Origin: Octopus sinensis
Lineage: Eukaryota
Direction of reading: 5' to 3'
Length of the DNA stretch: 64,000 bases
NCBI RefSeq assembly: GCF_006345805.1
Contig: NC_043016.1
Location: 13,578,001-13,642,000 of the forward strand
Within the stretch, counting starts at the first letter, position 1. Each line of letters begins with the position of its first letter. The translations under genes were made by a program, and so were the position numbers. Positions 37,131 through 50,440 of the stretch are shown here, one piece after another. The notes beneath the pieces are model-generated. The model was not told the origin of the DNA. It ran no database searches and worked only from the letters and a program-made list of their open reading frames with translations.

Positions 37131-38649
37131 TACCTCATTGTCCCATAGGATAATTAGGTAATAGGGAAAAAAACTTGATTCTAAGCTCCCAGTTTCCCCA
37201 AATAGAATTTTCACATACCCTCAAAAGAGGACGTAGAGGTACCCTTTGTCAGTACGTAGCATACTAATATGCTCTGTAACATGAATTAAGGTCAAGGGTA
37301 AGGCTACAGCTTATGTACCACATGCCTGTCAGTTTCCACTTTTTTTTTTGTAGTGTGTGGGTGTTAATTCTTTAAGCAGGCTAAATGTCAACCCAAAGGA
37401 TTACACAGTAGGATATGAGCAGAAGCTCACAGTTGGACACATTGTTACAGAGGTTGATGCTTGGCTTGTTGTTGCCTTTGCAGCACAACATAGACAGGTC
37501 TCAAAAGCAGGAAAGACCTATAAAATGTGGTCATATGGAATACGCATGGGCAACTACTTTCTCATGACTCCAAAAACCATATAGCTCTTCTGAAATTGTA
37601 CCTTTATAGTAAAAGTGACGAAGAGATCAATCAGACTAATGGTCCAGAGCAGAAGGCCCAGTTTCCATTCATGTGGCAGTGATTGTCACTTAATGGTCCT
37701 CAATCCAGAAGATGGGTTGCAGACAGCATTTATTATATATATATTATCATCATCATCGTTTAATGTCCACCTTCCATGCTGGCATAATGTTGTAACAGTT
37801 CTGTATGTTGGTCAGAAACATCACCTGTTTGATTCGCAGTTCTCACTTGCAACAAAGCTGTGTGGTTTATTTCTTCATGAGGTTACTAGGAAGGTAATGG
37901 ATGCTGTGTTATAGATGTATTGGTGATTGGCATAAATGTAGCAAGTCTTGCTGGCCATTCTCCATGACAACACCTTTGCAATCATGTTTAAAAGGTATGG
38001 CTTGTACACCATTTGTTTTGGGGTGTACAACCTACTCCACCCCCAGTCTTCTATTGCTAAATCCCATGCCCTTTTCTTTTCCTTTGTTTCCTTGGTGAGA
38101 TAGTTATGGGTTTTACTTTTATACTTTTTAATGTGTTTTACATTCTTTTCTTCCTGTAAAAATACTTTGTTGATTAATAGTTGTTTGAAAAGAAAAAAAA
38201 TAATATAAAACAACTGCTTCAAGTTATTGTACTAAGATTAGTAGAGGTTCTTTGTCATTTGTGGTAGGCTGCCATGGTCAGTTATATAGTACTGTTATAT
38301 GGCCAAAGGAAGAAGGAGAGATAAAAAGAGTAATAGACGTTGTTGAGTAGAAAGGGTGGTGACAGCTGTGAGTAAAGAGAGGGAGACACATCTTCTCTCT
38401 CTGACAGTGAAGAAAAAAGGCAGGGAAGAAATAAGGCCAAATGCTGAGTAAAAGAGAGAAGTATGTTAACTGAGCTAAATGCTGTATAAAAGGGAGAAAT
38501 AACCTCTACTAAAGGTGCCAAATAAAAGAGGAAGAATTCTATTTGGGTTTCTGTATTTATAATAATTTCCTAGTTAAAAAGTAGGTTAGTAGAACAAAAA
38601 ATTTCTTGTTGGTTAGCTAGCCTGAACTGTTGGTGATCTGAATTCTTTT

Positions 38650-39026
38650 CTTTCTTTTACTTGTTTCAGTCATTTGACTGTAGCCATGCTGGAGCACCAC
38701 CTTTAGTTGAGCATATCGACCCCAGGACTTATTCTTTGTAAGCCTAGTACTTATTCTATCGGTCTCTTTTGCCGAACCGCTAAGTTACAGGGACATAAAC
38801 ACACCAGCATCAGTTGTCAAGCGATGTTGGAGAGACTAACAAAGGCACACAAACATAAATACATATATATATACGACGGGTTTCTTTCAGTTTCCGTCTA
38901 CCAAATCCACTCACAGGGCTTTGGTCGGTCCGAGGCGATAGTAGAAGACACTTGCCCAAGTGGGACTGAACCCAGAACCATGTGGTTGGTTAGCAAGCTA
39001 CTTACCACACAGCCACTCCTGCGCCT
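38650..39026 (-). mobile_element. SINE family B
   Basis: Reverse copy of 60476-60893. Confidence 0.85.
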
Positions 39027-39649
39027 ATGAATGGTCAAGAAATTAACAGAGGACTTGTAAATTTCCAAGGTGTTTGTTAACGAAACAAAGAAAATAAGCA
39101 AGCAGAAACAGCTGGGTTCTGGTTTCGATTCCTGGTTGAAAATCCAAGAACAGTCATTTCAATGTTCATACGCGTGTGATTTGTAAACCTTCAGTATGAC
39201 ATATCATGATAGTTGAAAACAAGTATCATTGTCATACAAGTGAGGGGGTTAGTTTCAGTCTTCTGTGAGAAACGCGTGAGAAGATATATTGCTTAGAAAA
39301 CAGGTGAGGTTTGTCGACAGGATGGGCACCCGGCCATAGAAAATCTTCTACAACAAACTCCTTATCCGTGTAAGCAGGGGAAAATGAAAAGTGGACGTTA
39401 AAAATGATGAGTGAATGTGTGCAAATTGATAATATATAACATCAGATTTAGATAAAACATGAAATAAGTGTGCGTAAACTAATGATATGTTTGTAAAGTT
39501 GTGGTTTCAAATATAGACAGGAAGCCCCGGAATTTTAACGAAAGATGGGGTCGGACAATGTTTGTTTTTATGGAGAGTTTTAGGACTAAGGCAAAGTGAT
39601 ATTAACTGAGATTTGAATGAGAGTCTCTATTGTAGTATCTCTGTATAAA

Positions 39650-40033
39650 GTGGAGGCGCAATGGCCCAGTGGTTAGGGCAGCGGACTCGCGGTCATACGA
39701 TCGCGGTTTCGATTCCCAGACCGGGCGTTGTGAGTGTTTATTGAGCGAAAACACCTAAAGCTCCACGAGGCTCCGGCAGGGGGTGGTGGCGGTCCCTGCT
39801 GTACTCTTTCACCACAACTTTCTCTCACTCTTACTTCCTGTTTCTGTTCCACCTGTATTTCAAGGGGCCGGCCTTGTCACTCTCTGTGTCACGCTGAATA
39901 TCCCCGAGAACTACATTAAGGGTACACGTGTCTGTGGAGTGCTCAGCCACTTACACGTTAATTTCACGAGCAGGCTGTTCCGTTGATTCGGATCAACCGG
40001 TACCCTCATCGTCGTAACCGACGGAGTGCTTCC
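39650..40033 (+). mobile_element. Full-length tRNA-derived SINE family C with perfect 13-bp TSD
   Basis: A box TGGCCCAGTGG, B box GGTTTCGATTCC; ATCTCTGTATAAA at 39637-39649 and 40034-40046; a partial reverse copy lies at ~53720-54005. Confidence 0.9.
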
Positions 40034-41036
40034 ATCTCTGTATAAATAAATTTAGAGACGAGATAAATGTAAACGAATGAAGTTCATGCATAGAGTAACA
40101 GCAGCCTAAGTGCCCTCAGTGAGAAACGGACTTTAGCGACATGTATATAGATATATATTGTTTTAGAGAAAGCAATATTATATTTCGTGAGTGTAAGACA
40201 GCAATTCATAAGATTGTAACGAACCAAGGTAGAAATATTGGTATCATTTGCATATCTAGGTGGACGTATTCAAAAGGCGCTCCACCCCTTCCTTCTCCGA
40301 AATTTTATTTTCGGTTTCTTTTTTCAATAAAGCAGATTAAATTTTGCATTAAAAATTAAAAACAAAATCAGTTTTTAAAATTTCAATTTTACCGCCTTCC
40401 AACCAAATTTTGCTTTTCACATTTTTCGAATTTTTTTAAATATTATAATTCTATTTAAAAGCCCGAAGATTACGATTCTGAAAAAAATTGTTTTCGAAAT
40501 TTCAATTTTATTAATTATACTAATTGCTTACGATAATTTTCCCCGCTTGTATTTTGTGAACATAATCCGAAAGAATAGAGTTTGTTAAAGAGAGAATCAT
40601 TAATATTTCTAATGAATAAAGTTAGAATCGAAAAACTTTTTTATTTTTTCGAGTATTTATTTACGAATACCGATTTAGATATAAACTTTAGATATATAAA
40701 AAAAAAGTACAAAACTGTTTTAAGTTACAAATCCCATAAATAATTTTATGCGATCGTTCGGATGACATAAAATGTTTTGTAACCGAAAAAGTTAAGAATT
40801 CTTTCTGAAGATTTTATTTGGAAAAGAGTTAAATGGCAATGCTGCTCAAAGAACGATATTATTAAGTGGATGAGTATATGGTATATGGCAAACACGGCCA
40901 GAGAGTGTGTGATGATGATGAAGTATGAAGTGGAGAGAAGGACTTGGAGCAGCAAAAGAAAAGGCGGAAAAAGATATTTAAAAGACTCAGAGCTGTGCTA
41001 TCCCACAATTCAATCGTTTACATGTGAACGCTAAAA

Positions 41037-41071
41037 ATGGCGTCGAAATTCAAGGTTGGAGATCTTGTATG
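41037..41071 (+). CDS. GLYR1: PWWP-domain protein (GLYR1/NP60-like) exon 1: MASKFKVGDLV(W)
   Basis: aaaaATGG...GTATG|gtacgt; GDLVW is the PWWP first strand. The symbol rests on resemblance to invertebrate GLYR1 PWWP domains; an HDGF/LEDGF-family identity is not excluded because the dehydrogenase domain is not in the window. Confidence 0.8.
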
Positions 41072-41190
41072 GTACGTTTATTAATTGCCTTTTAGCCTCG
41101 CTGTTCCTCAACCGATTTACCATTTTATTAAACGGGTCTGTTTTTACGATTCTACATTAACTGATCGTTTTTTTTTTTTTTTCGATGCAG

Positions 41191-41227
41191 GGCGAAAATG
41201 AAAGGTTTCTGCGCCTGGCCCGCCAAG
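41191..41227 (+). CDS. GLYR1: GLYR1-like exon 2: (W)AKMKGFCAWPAK
   Basis: Poly-T ...cgatgcag|G...AAG|gtaagt; 37 nt, phase 2 to 0; contains the PWWP-motif position (CAWP). Confidence 0.85.
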
Positions 41228-42760
41228 GTAAGTTGTAGTATTATGTTGCATTTCCAGTCGATGGCTGGAGAACGTGGTGGCTTTATTGTTTCTCGTTGAA
41301 AAAGCGCCAATATCTTCATGCTGATTGCATCCACGATAATCAAACCACCAAAAACACTCGTATTTATTTCGTTAGCTTAGATACATTTACATCAAACAAA
41401 CCATATATTCCCCTTTATTGATCAGAATAACATATAATTAGATTCTTTCATAAATCCTATAATTTTTTTCCCTCCTTCATTTTTGCTTAATTACAAAATC
41501 GCGTAATTTCAAAAATGTCCATAAAAGTTTCTATTTACGAAAACAAGGCATCTTTTCGTCTGGTTCGTGTCTTGAACTCTGTCATCTGGAAGCGTTAACA
41601 GGAAAAAAGTTGTTTCAAATTGTGCAGTATTTATTTATTGTGTATTTGGCAATTTATGGAATAATTGTGGATTGAAGGGAGCTAACAGCATGCGGCGGCC
41701 CGATCTACTCGCCGGGGCCGCACGTTTTTTTTTTCTATTTTTCCGCTCTTAATTTCACATTTTCTGCCATCTTCCACGTTTACTTTCACAATATTCTTCG
41801 CAGTTTTAACACTTTTTTCCCTCTTCCAGTGTGTTTTCAAAACCAAAATATTAAATATGCACCAACTTAAAAAGAAATCCTGGGGAAACTCTTCTCCTTT
41901 GGTTTTTTACCACGTTTAAATGTTCTGTTAAATATTTCATGTATACCGAAAAACCTTCACATTTCTTTTAAATTATTTCGTAAAAATGACCTCCAGTTTA
42001 AGATTAAAGTTTCAAAAAATCATATTGGAACTTGGAATTGATTTGAAATGGTTAATGTTATCATCGCACCTATTTTGATCAGTTTACAAATATGGATCAA
42101 ATTCTTTGTTAAAAGGAGGGACTGGCATTGCAATTCGAATTGCTAATCCTTATAAATATGCTAAGAACATCAAATTCAGGATTTAATTGAAGTTTAAGCA
42201 ACTTTTTCTATATTTCTATTTCTGTAGAGTTTTAAAAATAAAACCGATTATCGTGCTATAATATCATTAGGAGATTTTTCAGTTTATTTCTCTCTGCATT
42301 CAGTTTTAGAAATAGATTAGTGAAATAAATTTCATTTTGGATTTGGTACCTTTTTTTGGTTTTTTTTTTTGAAAACAATATTTGGAAACACTTTTGTGAT
42401 AAGATCGTTCTGTAAAATGACATTATTTTAAAAACGTTTTAGTTTTAATAACTTTGTATATCAATTGTTTAACTGCCATGGAAGTACTCATTCAAGTTTT
42501 AAGTATTTGCCGGTTCTTTGAGAAGCATTAAGGAGTACTGCTTAATAATAGAAACTTAGATAAAAGCCTAAGAATTATAAGTAGTTCGGCATCTTGTACA
42601 AGTTCACAAATGTCCCTTAATCTAAAACTGCTAATTATAGATTCATTCATTAAGGTTTTCTTTTTTTTAAAACTTGCAAAATCAAATAACTGATATTTAA
42701 ATATTCCTTTTCTTTATAATATCTCCTTTTAAAATTGATATTTTGATATTTTCATTTCAG

Positions 42761-42843
42761 ATTATTGAACCCATGTCTGAAGTTAAAAGACCAACTAGCA
42801 AGAAGACACATCATTTTGTTTTTTTTTTTGGTTCTGAAAACTA
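42761..42843 (+). CDS. GLYR1: GLYR1-like exon 3: IIEPMSEVKRPTSKKTHHFVFFFGSEN(Y)
   Basis: ttcatttcag|ATT...AACTA|gtaagt; 83 nt, phase 0 to 2; VFFFGS.N(Y)AW resembles the VFFFGSRNFAW recalled for insect GLYR1. Confidence 0.85.
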
Positions 42844-44569
42844 GTAAGTAAAATTTATGATTTTTCTAAATTAAACAATTCAGCATGTTTATATTTGACA
42901 TACAGATGAAAGTAAGTTATTAGCCAGTGTGAGATAAGTTCTTTACTCATCTCCAAGCTACATTGCTGTATTTGTTCACAGCATAGGTTCCTTGAAATGC
43001 TGGGGAATAACCATTCTGAAAGAGATGAGTGAGCGACGAGAGCTCGCAAATTAAAAATGATAGTGAAAGTGTTCTTGGGTTTCCTTCAACTTTTTTTTTT
43101 TTTGCTCCTTTTACCTCCACTACCCCACAGCACTCTTTACCTTACACTTAAATTTTCATTACATATCCTAATTATTGAAATCATCTCTGTTAGGTTCCCC
43201 CACCCTCACTTTTAATCTGAAAGTCGAAGATGTGAGTTCAGTGTGTTTAATGTTCAGCAGTGTAATAATTTTGATAACCTTATCTTTCACCTGATTCCAA
43301 CACCTCATATTGTTTGATCTTTTACTGCTTATTTGCATGCCATTTGGGTTTTCTTGTATGTTTTTTTTTCCATGTCTCTGTACACTACATGTTGAGAATT
43401 CCTTCTTTGTATTTCTTTAATCATGGAAATGTTGTTGCTATTAATTGTCATGAAGTATAAGTCCATAGATATAGAATAATGCATTCATTTTTAAGATGCA
43501 CTATCAACAAACATCCAGTTAGAAATGTATTTGTGCAGATTGTTGTTAATCTTTGTATCAAAATGAAACATGTTTTTTTATTTATTTATGAATGCTGTAT
43601 TCTTTCAGCTGTTAATTCTTTACAAGGTGCAAATGTAGCTAGTTCAAACTACAATATTGTCAATGATTGTCTTGCATGGTGTTGGTTTTTAGAAAATCAG
43701 CACTACCAAAAATTTGCATGTTTTATAGATGTGACCACCCATTTCGTAGCATATTTAAAAACTGATCGAGAAATATCTTGTTTATAGTTGATATTGAAAT
43801 ATCTTACTTGATGCATTTTTCCTCCCCTTTTCTTTCTTTCTTTGATCGCCTTCTCCAAAAATACATCTCTGAAATTCCTCTACTCCAAGCAAATTGCAAA
43901 AATTTAAACTGGCTATTACTCTATATAACTCTGTATATATACCCCAGTTCTTGAAGGGTCTATGAAGCATTCGAGTATTTTCCTCATATATTACAAAATG
44001 AGATCAGTTTCAGCATATATCGTGCATTACTTGAGGTTGTTTTAGGGGTTTTTTTTCTCCAAAAATTTGAGCAACCAACACTCTTACCACTTCCACATAC
44101 TTCTGGTTTTATTTTCTAGTGCAGTGTACTGCTACCTTTTTTGTTCACTTGCAGTACACTTACATTGTTTCCAAAATTTGGTGGCGCACTTGAACTAAAA
44201 ATATAAGGAAAAAAAATTATATTCAGGTTACACTGTCCTACACTGAGCATCATCTCGTGACACACCAGTGTGCCATGGGTTGTGGAGCACTGTTCCAGAG
44301 CATTGTTTCTTAAATGTGAGATGTGGGGGCAGTTAAAAATTTTATACGGGTATTTGGGACAAAAGAGTTGTAGGGGTGCATAGATGTACAGTTTTTTAAT
44401 TATTGCTTCCTCTTTAAGTATTAATTTTAAAGAGAATTTGGTCACAAGTGCAATAACAACATCAACAATAATGGACTTTGAAATGTGAATATGTAAACAA
44501 ACAACAATGAATATATAAATATATATATATATATATACACACATACATATATACATACACTACCTATAC

Positions 44570-46770
44570 ATCATCATCATCGTTTAACATCTGCTTTCTA
44601 TGCTGGCATGGCTTGGACGGTTTGACCGAGGACTGGTGACTCAGAGGCTGCACCAGGCTCAATCTGATCTGGCAAGGTTTCTGCAGTTGGATGCCCTTCC
44701 TAATGCCAACCACTCCATGTAGTGGGTGCTTATACATGACACTGGCACGAGGGCCAGTCAGGAGGTTCTGGCAATGACCATGCTCAAAAGGTTTTTTATG
44801 TGCTACCTACACGGGAGCCAGTCTGGTGGCACTGGCAACAACCATGCTTGAATGTGTTTTTTCACATGCCACTGGTATATGTGCCAGTAACAATCACGCT
44901 CGAATGGTGCTTTTCACGTGCCACCAGCATAGGAGCCAATCTGTGGCCCTGCCAACGACCACACTCGGATGTGCTTTTAACATTCCACCGGCACGAGTGC
45001 CAATCAGGCGGTACTGTCATGGGCCATGACTGATTCTGATTTCGATTTTGAATTCACTTGCCTCAAGTTTTCATCTCGGTCACTAGTCATTGCTTCCGTA
45101 AAGCCTAATGTTCGAAGATCGTGCTTCACCACCTCATCGCGGGTTTTCCTGGGTCTACCTCTTCTACAGGTAGGGTGTAACACTTTTTCACACACCTGTT
45201 TTCATTCATTCGTAACACATGACCATACCAGCACAGTTGTCTCTCTTGCACACCACATCTGATACTTCTTAAATCCAACTTTTCTCTCGGGTTGCTTATA
45301 CTCTGTCCAGTATGTACACTGAAATTACACATCTAGCTGAGCATACTGACTTCATTCCTTGCAAGCTTATGCATATCCTCAGCAGTCATGGCCCATGTAG
45401 CATGGCTGTTCGTACACATGCGTCATACAGTCTACCTTTTACTCTAAGTGAGAGGCCTTTTATCACCAGCAGAGGTAAGAGCTCTCTGAACTTATTTTAG
45501 CAGCTACACTATCAGAGCATCCATCCCTGCGACTGACTAGGTCCCCTAGGTAATGGAAGCTATCAACAACTTCTAGTTTTCCCCCCTAGAATGTGACAGA
45601 AGTTGTTCTCTGCACATTTTCGGTGTTTATTGCTCCTGAGCATTTGTCACACACAAAAACTATCTTCCCAGTTAGCCTCCCTTTGATGTTGCTGCACCTC
45701 TTATGTGTCCATAGCTTACACTGGGTACATCTTATGGAGTTACTACCTACACCTTTTCTACAGATTGAACAGGGCCATCTACCTGAAGGGATTTGTGGTT
45801 TGTCTGCCTTCATACTTATTAAGACTTTGGTTTTAGCTAGGTTGACTCTAAGGCCCTTCAATTCTAATCCTTGCTTCCACACCTGAAACTTCTCTAGTTC
45901 TGATAGTGTCTCAGCAGTTAGAGCAAGGTCATCAGCATAGAGAAGCTCCCAGGGGCATCTTGTCTTGAATTCTTCTGTTATTGCCTGTCAGACTATGGTA
46001 AATAAGAGGGGGCTGAGGACCGATCCTTGGTGGGCCCCTACCCCTACTCGGAATTCTTCACTGTACTCGTTGCCAACCCTCAGCTTACTGATAGCATCCC
46101 TGTACATGGCTTACACAGATCTCACTATTCATTCATCTATCCCTAGTTTCCTCATTGACCGCCTGATAAGGGATCGGGGGACCCTGTCAAAGGCTTTCTC
46201 CATGTCAACAAAAGCCAGATACAGAGGCTTATCTTTGGCTAGGTATTTCTCTTGCAGCTGTCTAACCAGAAATATAGCGTCAGTGGTGCTTTTCCCTGGC
46301 ATGAATGCAAACTGCATCTGATCTAGGCTAACTCTCTCTCTAATTTGTTGGGCTATGACCCTCTCCATGACCTTCATTACCTGATCCAACAGCTTGATAC
46401 CTCTGTGATTATTTGTATCTAAAGCATCACCTTTACCTTTGTAGCAGCTGACTATTATGCTGCTACACCAGTCATTGGGAATGACTCCTTCGTGTATCAC
46501 CTGGTTAACTATATGGGTGACTAGGCTATAGCTGACACTGTTAAATATTTTGAGCATCTCTGCAGTAATTCCTGAGGAGCCGGGGGCTTTCCCTGTCTTC
46601 ATACCCTTAATTGCTTTATCTACCAAGGTATTGTCAATTTGGATAGCTGGTCCCTCTGTTGGGTCGGCATTTGGCAGACTCTCTTTCTCCCATCTATTCT
46701 TTTCATTTAGCAACCTTTCATAGTAGCATCTCCAAACCTCTCTCTTTGCAGCCTCGTTTAATGCAAAAAA
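44570..46770 (-). mobile_element. 5'-truncated RTE-clade LINE (RT, PHD-like finger, C-terminus, tandem-repeat 3' UTR, (GAT)n tail), inactivated
   Basis: KAPGSSGITAEMLK, NHRGIKLL, QFAFMPGKSTTDAIF, AFVDMEKAFDRV, HQGSVLSPLLF, LLYADDL, RGRPRKT; several stops and deletions. Confidence 0.95.
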
Positions 46771-47976
46771 TATAATTTAAAGACGATTTTTGGATATTTC
46801 CATACATACAGTAAAGATGGTCACTGCATGCATAATGTTAGGTGTGTGTGTATGTATATATATATGTATATATATATATATATATAATTAAACAGAAGTC
46901 AACTTTGTGGCAGACACTTAGAAGCAATAAATCAATAAATGCTAAGGACCCACAAGAAACAGATTTTATCAAATACCCCGGTGGTTCCCTACAGACAGTC
47001 AATGGTTTCGGTTACCAAGGTTACTGAATTCATTGGAACCACTTTCCTTGTTACTCATCCTGTACTTCCAACTATTTTTACTGAACACCTTTCATGTCTG
47101 TTACTAATACTCCCTCCACACCTTTATTGCAATATTCACCCCTTCATATCTGATTTCTTCTTTCCTGTACCCTTCACATCTCCTTATTTCTCATTTATCT
47201 AGTTATATTGTTGCTCTCCCCTTTTTATGAATCACCACCTATTATCGCCTCCTCCCTGACCCACTCCTATTTTCCTTTACTTTCCCCAACAAACTGAGAC
47301 TCACCATTACCCATATCTCCATCCTTGTTCATTATTCACTGCATTCACTTCTACCCTCATCTCTACCATCTAACAGATGGTAGAGATGGGGATCGAGAGA
47401 AATGCATATCCACCTTCCTGTCTGTCTTTCCTGTTGGCTTGTGATATATGTTCATTACAGCAAGGCACCTCTCTCCTCCCATTCTGTCAATAGGTTTTGT
47501 GACCTATTTGGTGACCTCACTGGTACTTGTACTATGTAAAAAGCACCTAGTGCACTCTGTAAAATGTTTGGTATTAGAAAGGTATCCAGCTGTAGAAACT
47601 ATTCCAAAACATGTTGGAGCTCAGCGCAATCTTCTGGCTTGTCAGATCCTGTAGAGCCATTCAATTCTGATATCAGATGTTGATGTTAGATGATATTGAT
47701 GATGTGTATGCCTGAATATTGTTGATTCTTGGTATGTCTCCTAAACCTACTCATGTGCAAATGAGCACATAAACCGAAAATTCAGTGTGTGTGAACATAG
47801 AAAAAAAACAGCAAATTGGAATGCAGACAAAATTTCAACAGGGCAATGTGTGTGTGTATGTATAAAGTACAAATGGTATGCATCTTGGTTTGGTCAGAAT
47901 CATGTGTTAAAGGTTTAGATCAGTTATTTAATTTAATGATAGTCTCTCAAATCGAAGAAAGCTGGTTCTGCAATTT

Positions 47977-48550
47977 CATCATCATCATCATCATCATTTA
48001 ACATCCGTTCTCCATGCTAGCATGGGTTGGACGGTTCGACCGGGGATCTGGGAAGCCAGAAGGCTGCACCAGGTTCCAGTCTTATCTGGCAATGTTTCTA
48101 CAGCTGGATGCCCTTCCTAACGCCAACCACTCCGTGAGTGTAGTGGGTGCTTTTTACGTGCCACCCACACATGTGCCAGGCGAGGCTGGCAACAGCCACG
48201 GCTGGATTGGTGCAATTTACGTGCCACCGGCACGGAAGCCAGTCGAGGCGGCGCTGGCATCGGCCACGATTCGGATAGTGCTTTTTACGTACCACCAGTC
48301 CAGGGGTCCTGGCATCTGCCGGGTGCCAGTCATAGGATTGGTTCAATTTCGATTTCACTTGCCCCAACATGTCTTCGCAAGCAAAGGGGGTTGGCATGGG
48401 TGCCTGTCGTCGGATGAGGTTCGATATTGACTTCGCTTGCCTCAACAGGTCTTTGTGTCCAAGGGAGGAAAGGCATGCATAAGTGGGCTGGGCTCACTTG
48501 TCCTGCCTGGTCTTCTCACGTACAGCATATTTCCAAAGGTCTCGGTCGCT
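47977..48550 (-). mobile_element. RTE 3' end including the ORF2 stop (...DRDLWKYAVREKTRQDK*)
   Basis: (CAT)n tail, ~3 tandem units, residual ORF. Confidence 0.85.
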
Positions 48551-49177
48551 GAATAACCTGTATGGATGATCTATCTAGAGATCAGATGTTTGTGTTGTAC
48601 ATTAGCTCACTTCCTTCATCAAATAAATGTTACCTGAACAAGTGCACAAGTGTTCTATGATATCAGCTGTTGCATTAATTGTGAAGCAATGTTTGATGAA
48701 GTGTTATGCTCAAGAAAACAGCACATCATCTGGTCTGGAAACTGAATCTACGATCTTGTGAATGCAACACTCTAAACATTGGGCCGTGCATCTTTACTTA
48801 AGTCGATAATTAAAATCAAGCAGTGGTCCGTCAAATATTTACTTTCAGTAATTTCAATTTCCACTACGATCCCAGAATATTGCATAAGTTCTTATCCTTT
48901 TTGTTCTTTGATTAGTTTGTTTTCAATTTTCAATATTGCAATTCATTTTGAGACCCTGTAACAGAAGTACAAATCATTGACATTTTCTTGTTAAACCTAT
49001 TGGTTCCAACCCAGCTGAGATTTCTCTTAACTCATGGTTTTAAACTGATCTCAAAAACTCTCTTCAAAATTTCATGTTAATTTATGTTTGAAACACCAAC
49101 TTAATAATGGCAAAATTATTTTACTATTTTAATATTTTCAAAATTAGTTTAAAGAAAAGCATTGTATTTCGATGGAA

Positions 49178-49372
49178 ATCATCATCATCATCATCGTTTA
49201 ACGTCCGTTCTCCATGCTAGCATGGGTTGGACGGTTCCACCGGGGATCTGGGAAGCCAGAAGGCTGCACCAGGCTCCGGTCTTATCTGGCAATGTTTCTA
49301 CAGCTGGATGCCCTTCCTAACGCCAACCACTCTGTGAGTGTAGTGGGTGCTTTTTACGTGCCACCTGCACGT
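49178..49372 (-). mobile_element. Short RTE 3' end
   Basis: Nearly identical to 34976-35165 and 47990-48170. Confidence 0.85.
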
Positions 49373-49929
49373 AATGTGGTAATGAAAGGTTTAATATATT
49401 GCAAAGGTGTTCAAATGTTTTTAATATTCTTTCAAAACATTTAAAAAATGATTCTACTGTTGTTTATAGATTGGCCAAAGGGCCATAGAAATAATTTTTT
49501 CTGTACCTGGTGAATCTAGAGGAACGGGCATTGCCCATAATTTTGCAGGTCCTCCAACCATGAGGAGTTTGATGCCAAAGATTTCCATTAGTCAATCATG
49601 CCTCAACATAGTCATTTAACCAATCTCAACTAGTCAAGATTCAGAGTACTATGTATTACTAAACCTTATGATCGCTGGATACAAAAACGTCTCATGAGGC
49701 CCCCCCATTCAGGTGATTTTCTTAAGTCACCATCTCGCTATGTAACTTCCTTTCCTGGATCCTGTGGCATATACCCTCCTCCACCCCCATCCCCCAGACA
49801 GGATGCTGGTCTGTCAATGGATTATTAATATTTACCAGGTGGGTGAAATGGAGCGTTTTGCTCAAGAATGCAATGCATTACTTGGCCCAGGAATCGAAAC
49901 CACAATTTTGATCATGATTGCAACACCCT

Positions 49930-50440
49930 AAGCACAAACCATGTGCCTTCCATTTAAACTTAGCAGGAAAAGACATGAATGTGGAGAAGATATCAGAAGG
50001 CTGTTGCTCAGAAAGAAGGATTGAGTATAATGGTTAGTGTGGGTTTGAGCGGCCGGTTGCACCAGGAGTGGTGATAGGTAAAAAGACAAGAGTGGTGAGG
50101 CCATTATAGTAACGATAGAAGAGACGGCATGCTTGTGGGCATGAGGCTGGGGTTTGTTAGTGATGGATTCCAATTCTTTGAGTGGCATCTTCCCTGAATG
50201 TAGTCCAAGATCTCTATGTACATAGCAACAGTACTGTCGCAGTTGTGGCAGTAGTACTCCAATGTGGGGCTTCACTTGAGTGGGGTTGCAAGGAAAAGAA
50301 GCCCCTAGGTATGAGCTAAATGCAGGAGGTAAGATGATGATGAGTCTCATTTGAGCCTTTGTAGAGTTTAGGGCTGAAATATTTTCTGTCCTTGAAGAGA
50401 AGACCCAGTATTTTGAATGTGTTTTAGCCATCCTTAACTG
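49930..50440 (-). mobile_element. Decayed LINE AP-endonuclease-like fragment
   Basis: ...CCYVHRDL... endonuclease-like segment; part recurs inverted at ~52070-52140. Confidence 0.45.

Noticed and set aside
39655-39725. Possible tRNA gene (similar heads at ~1597, 25440, 53940, 60476)
   Set aside because: A and B boxes run straight into SINE bodies with tails and a TSD; no complete cloverleaf.
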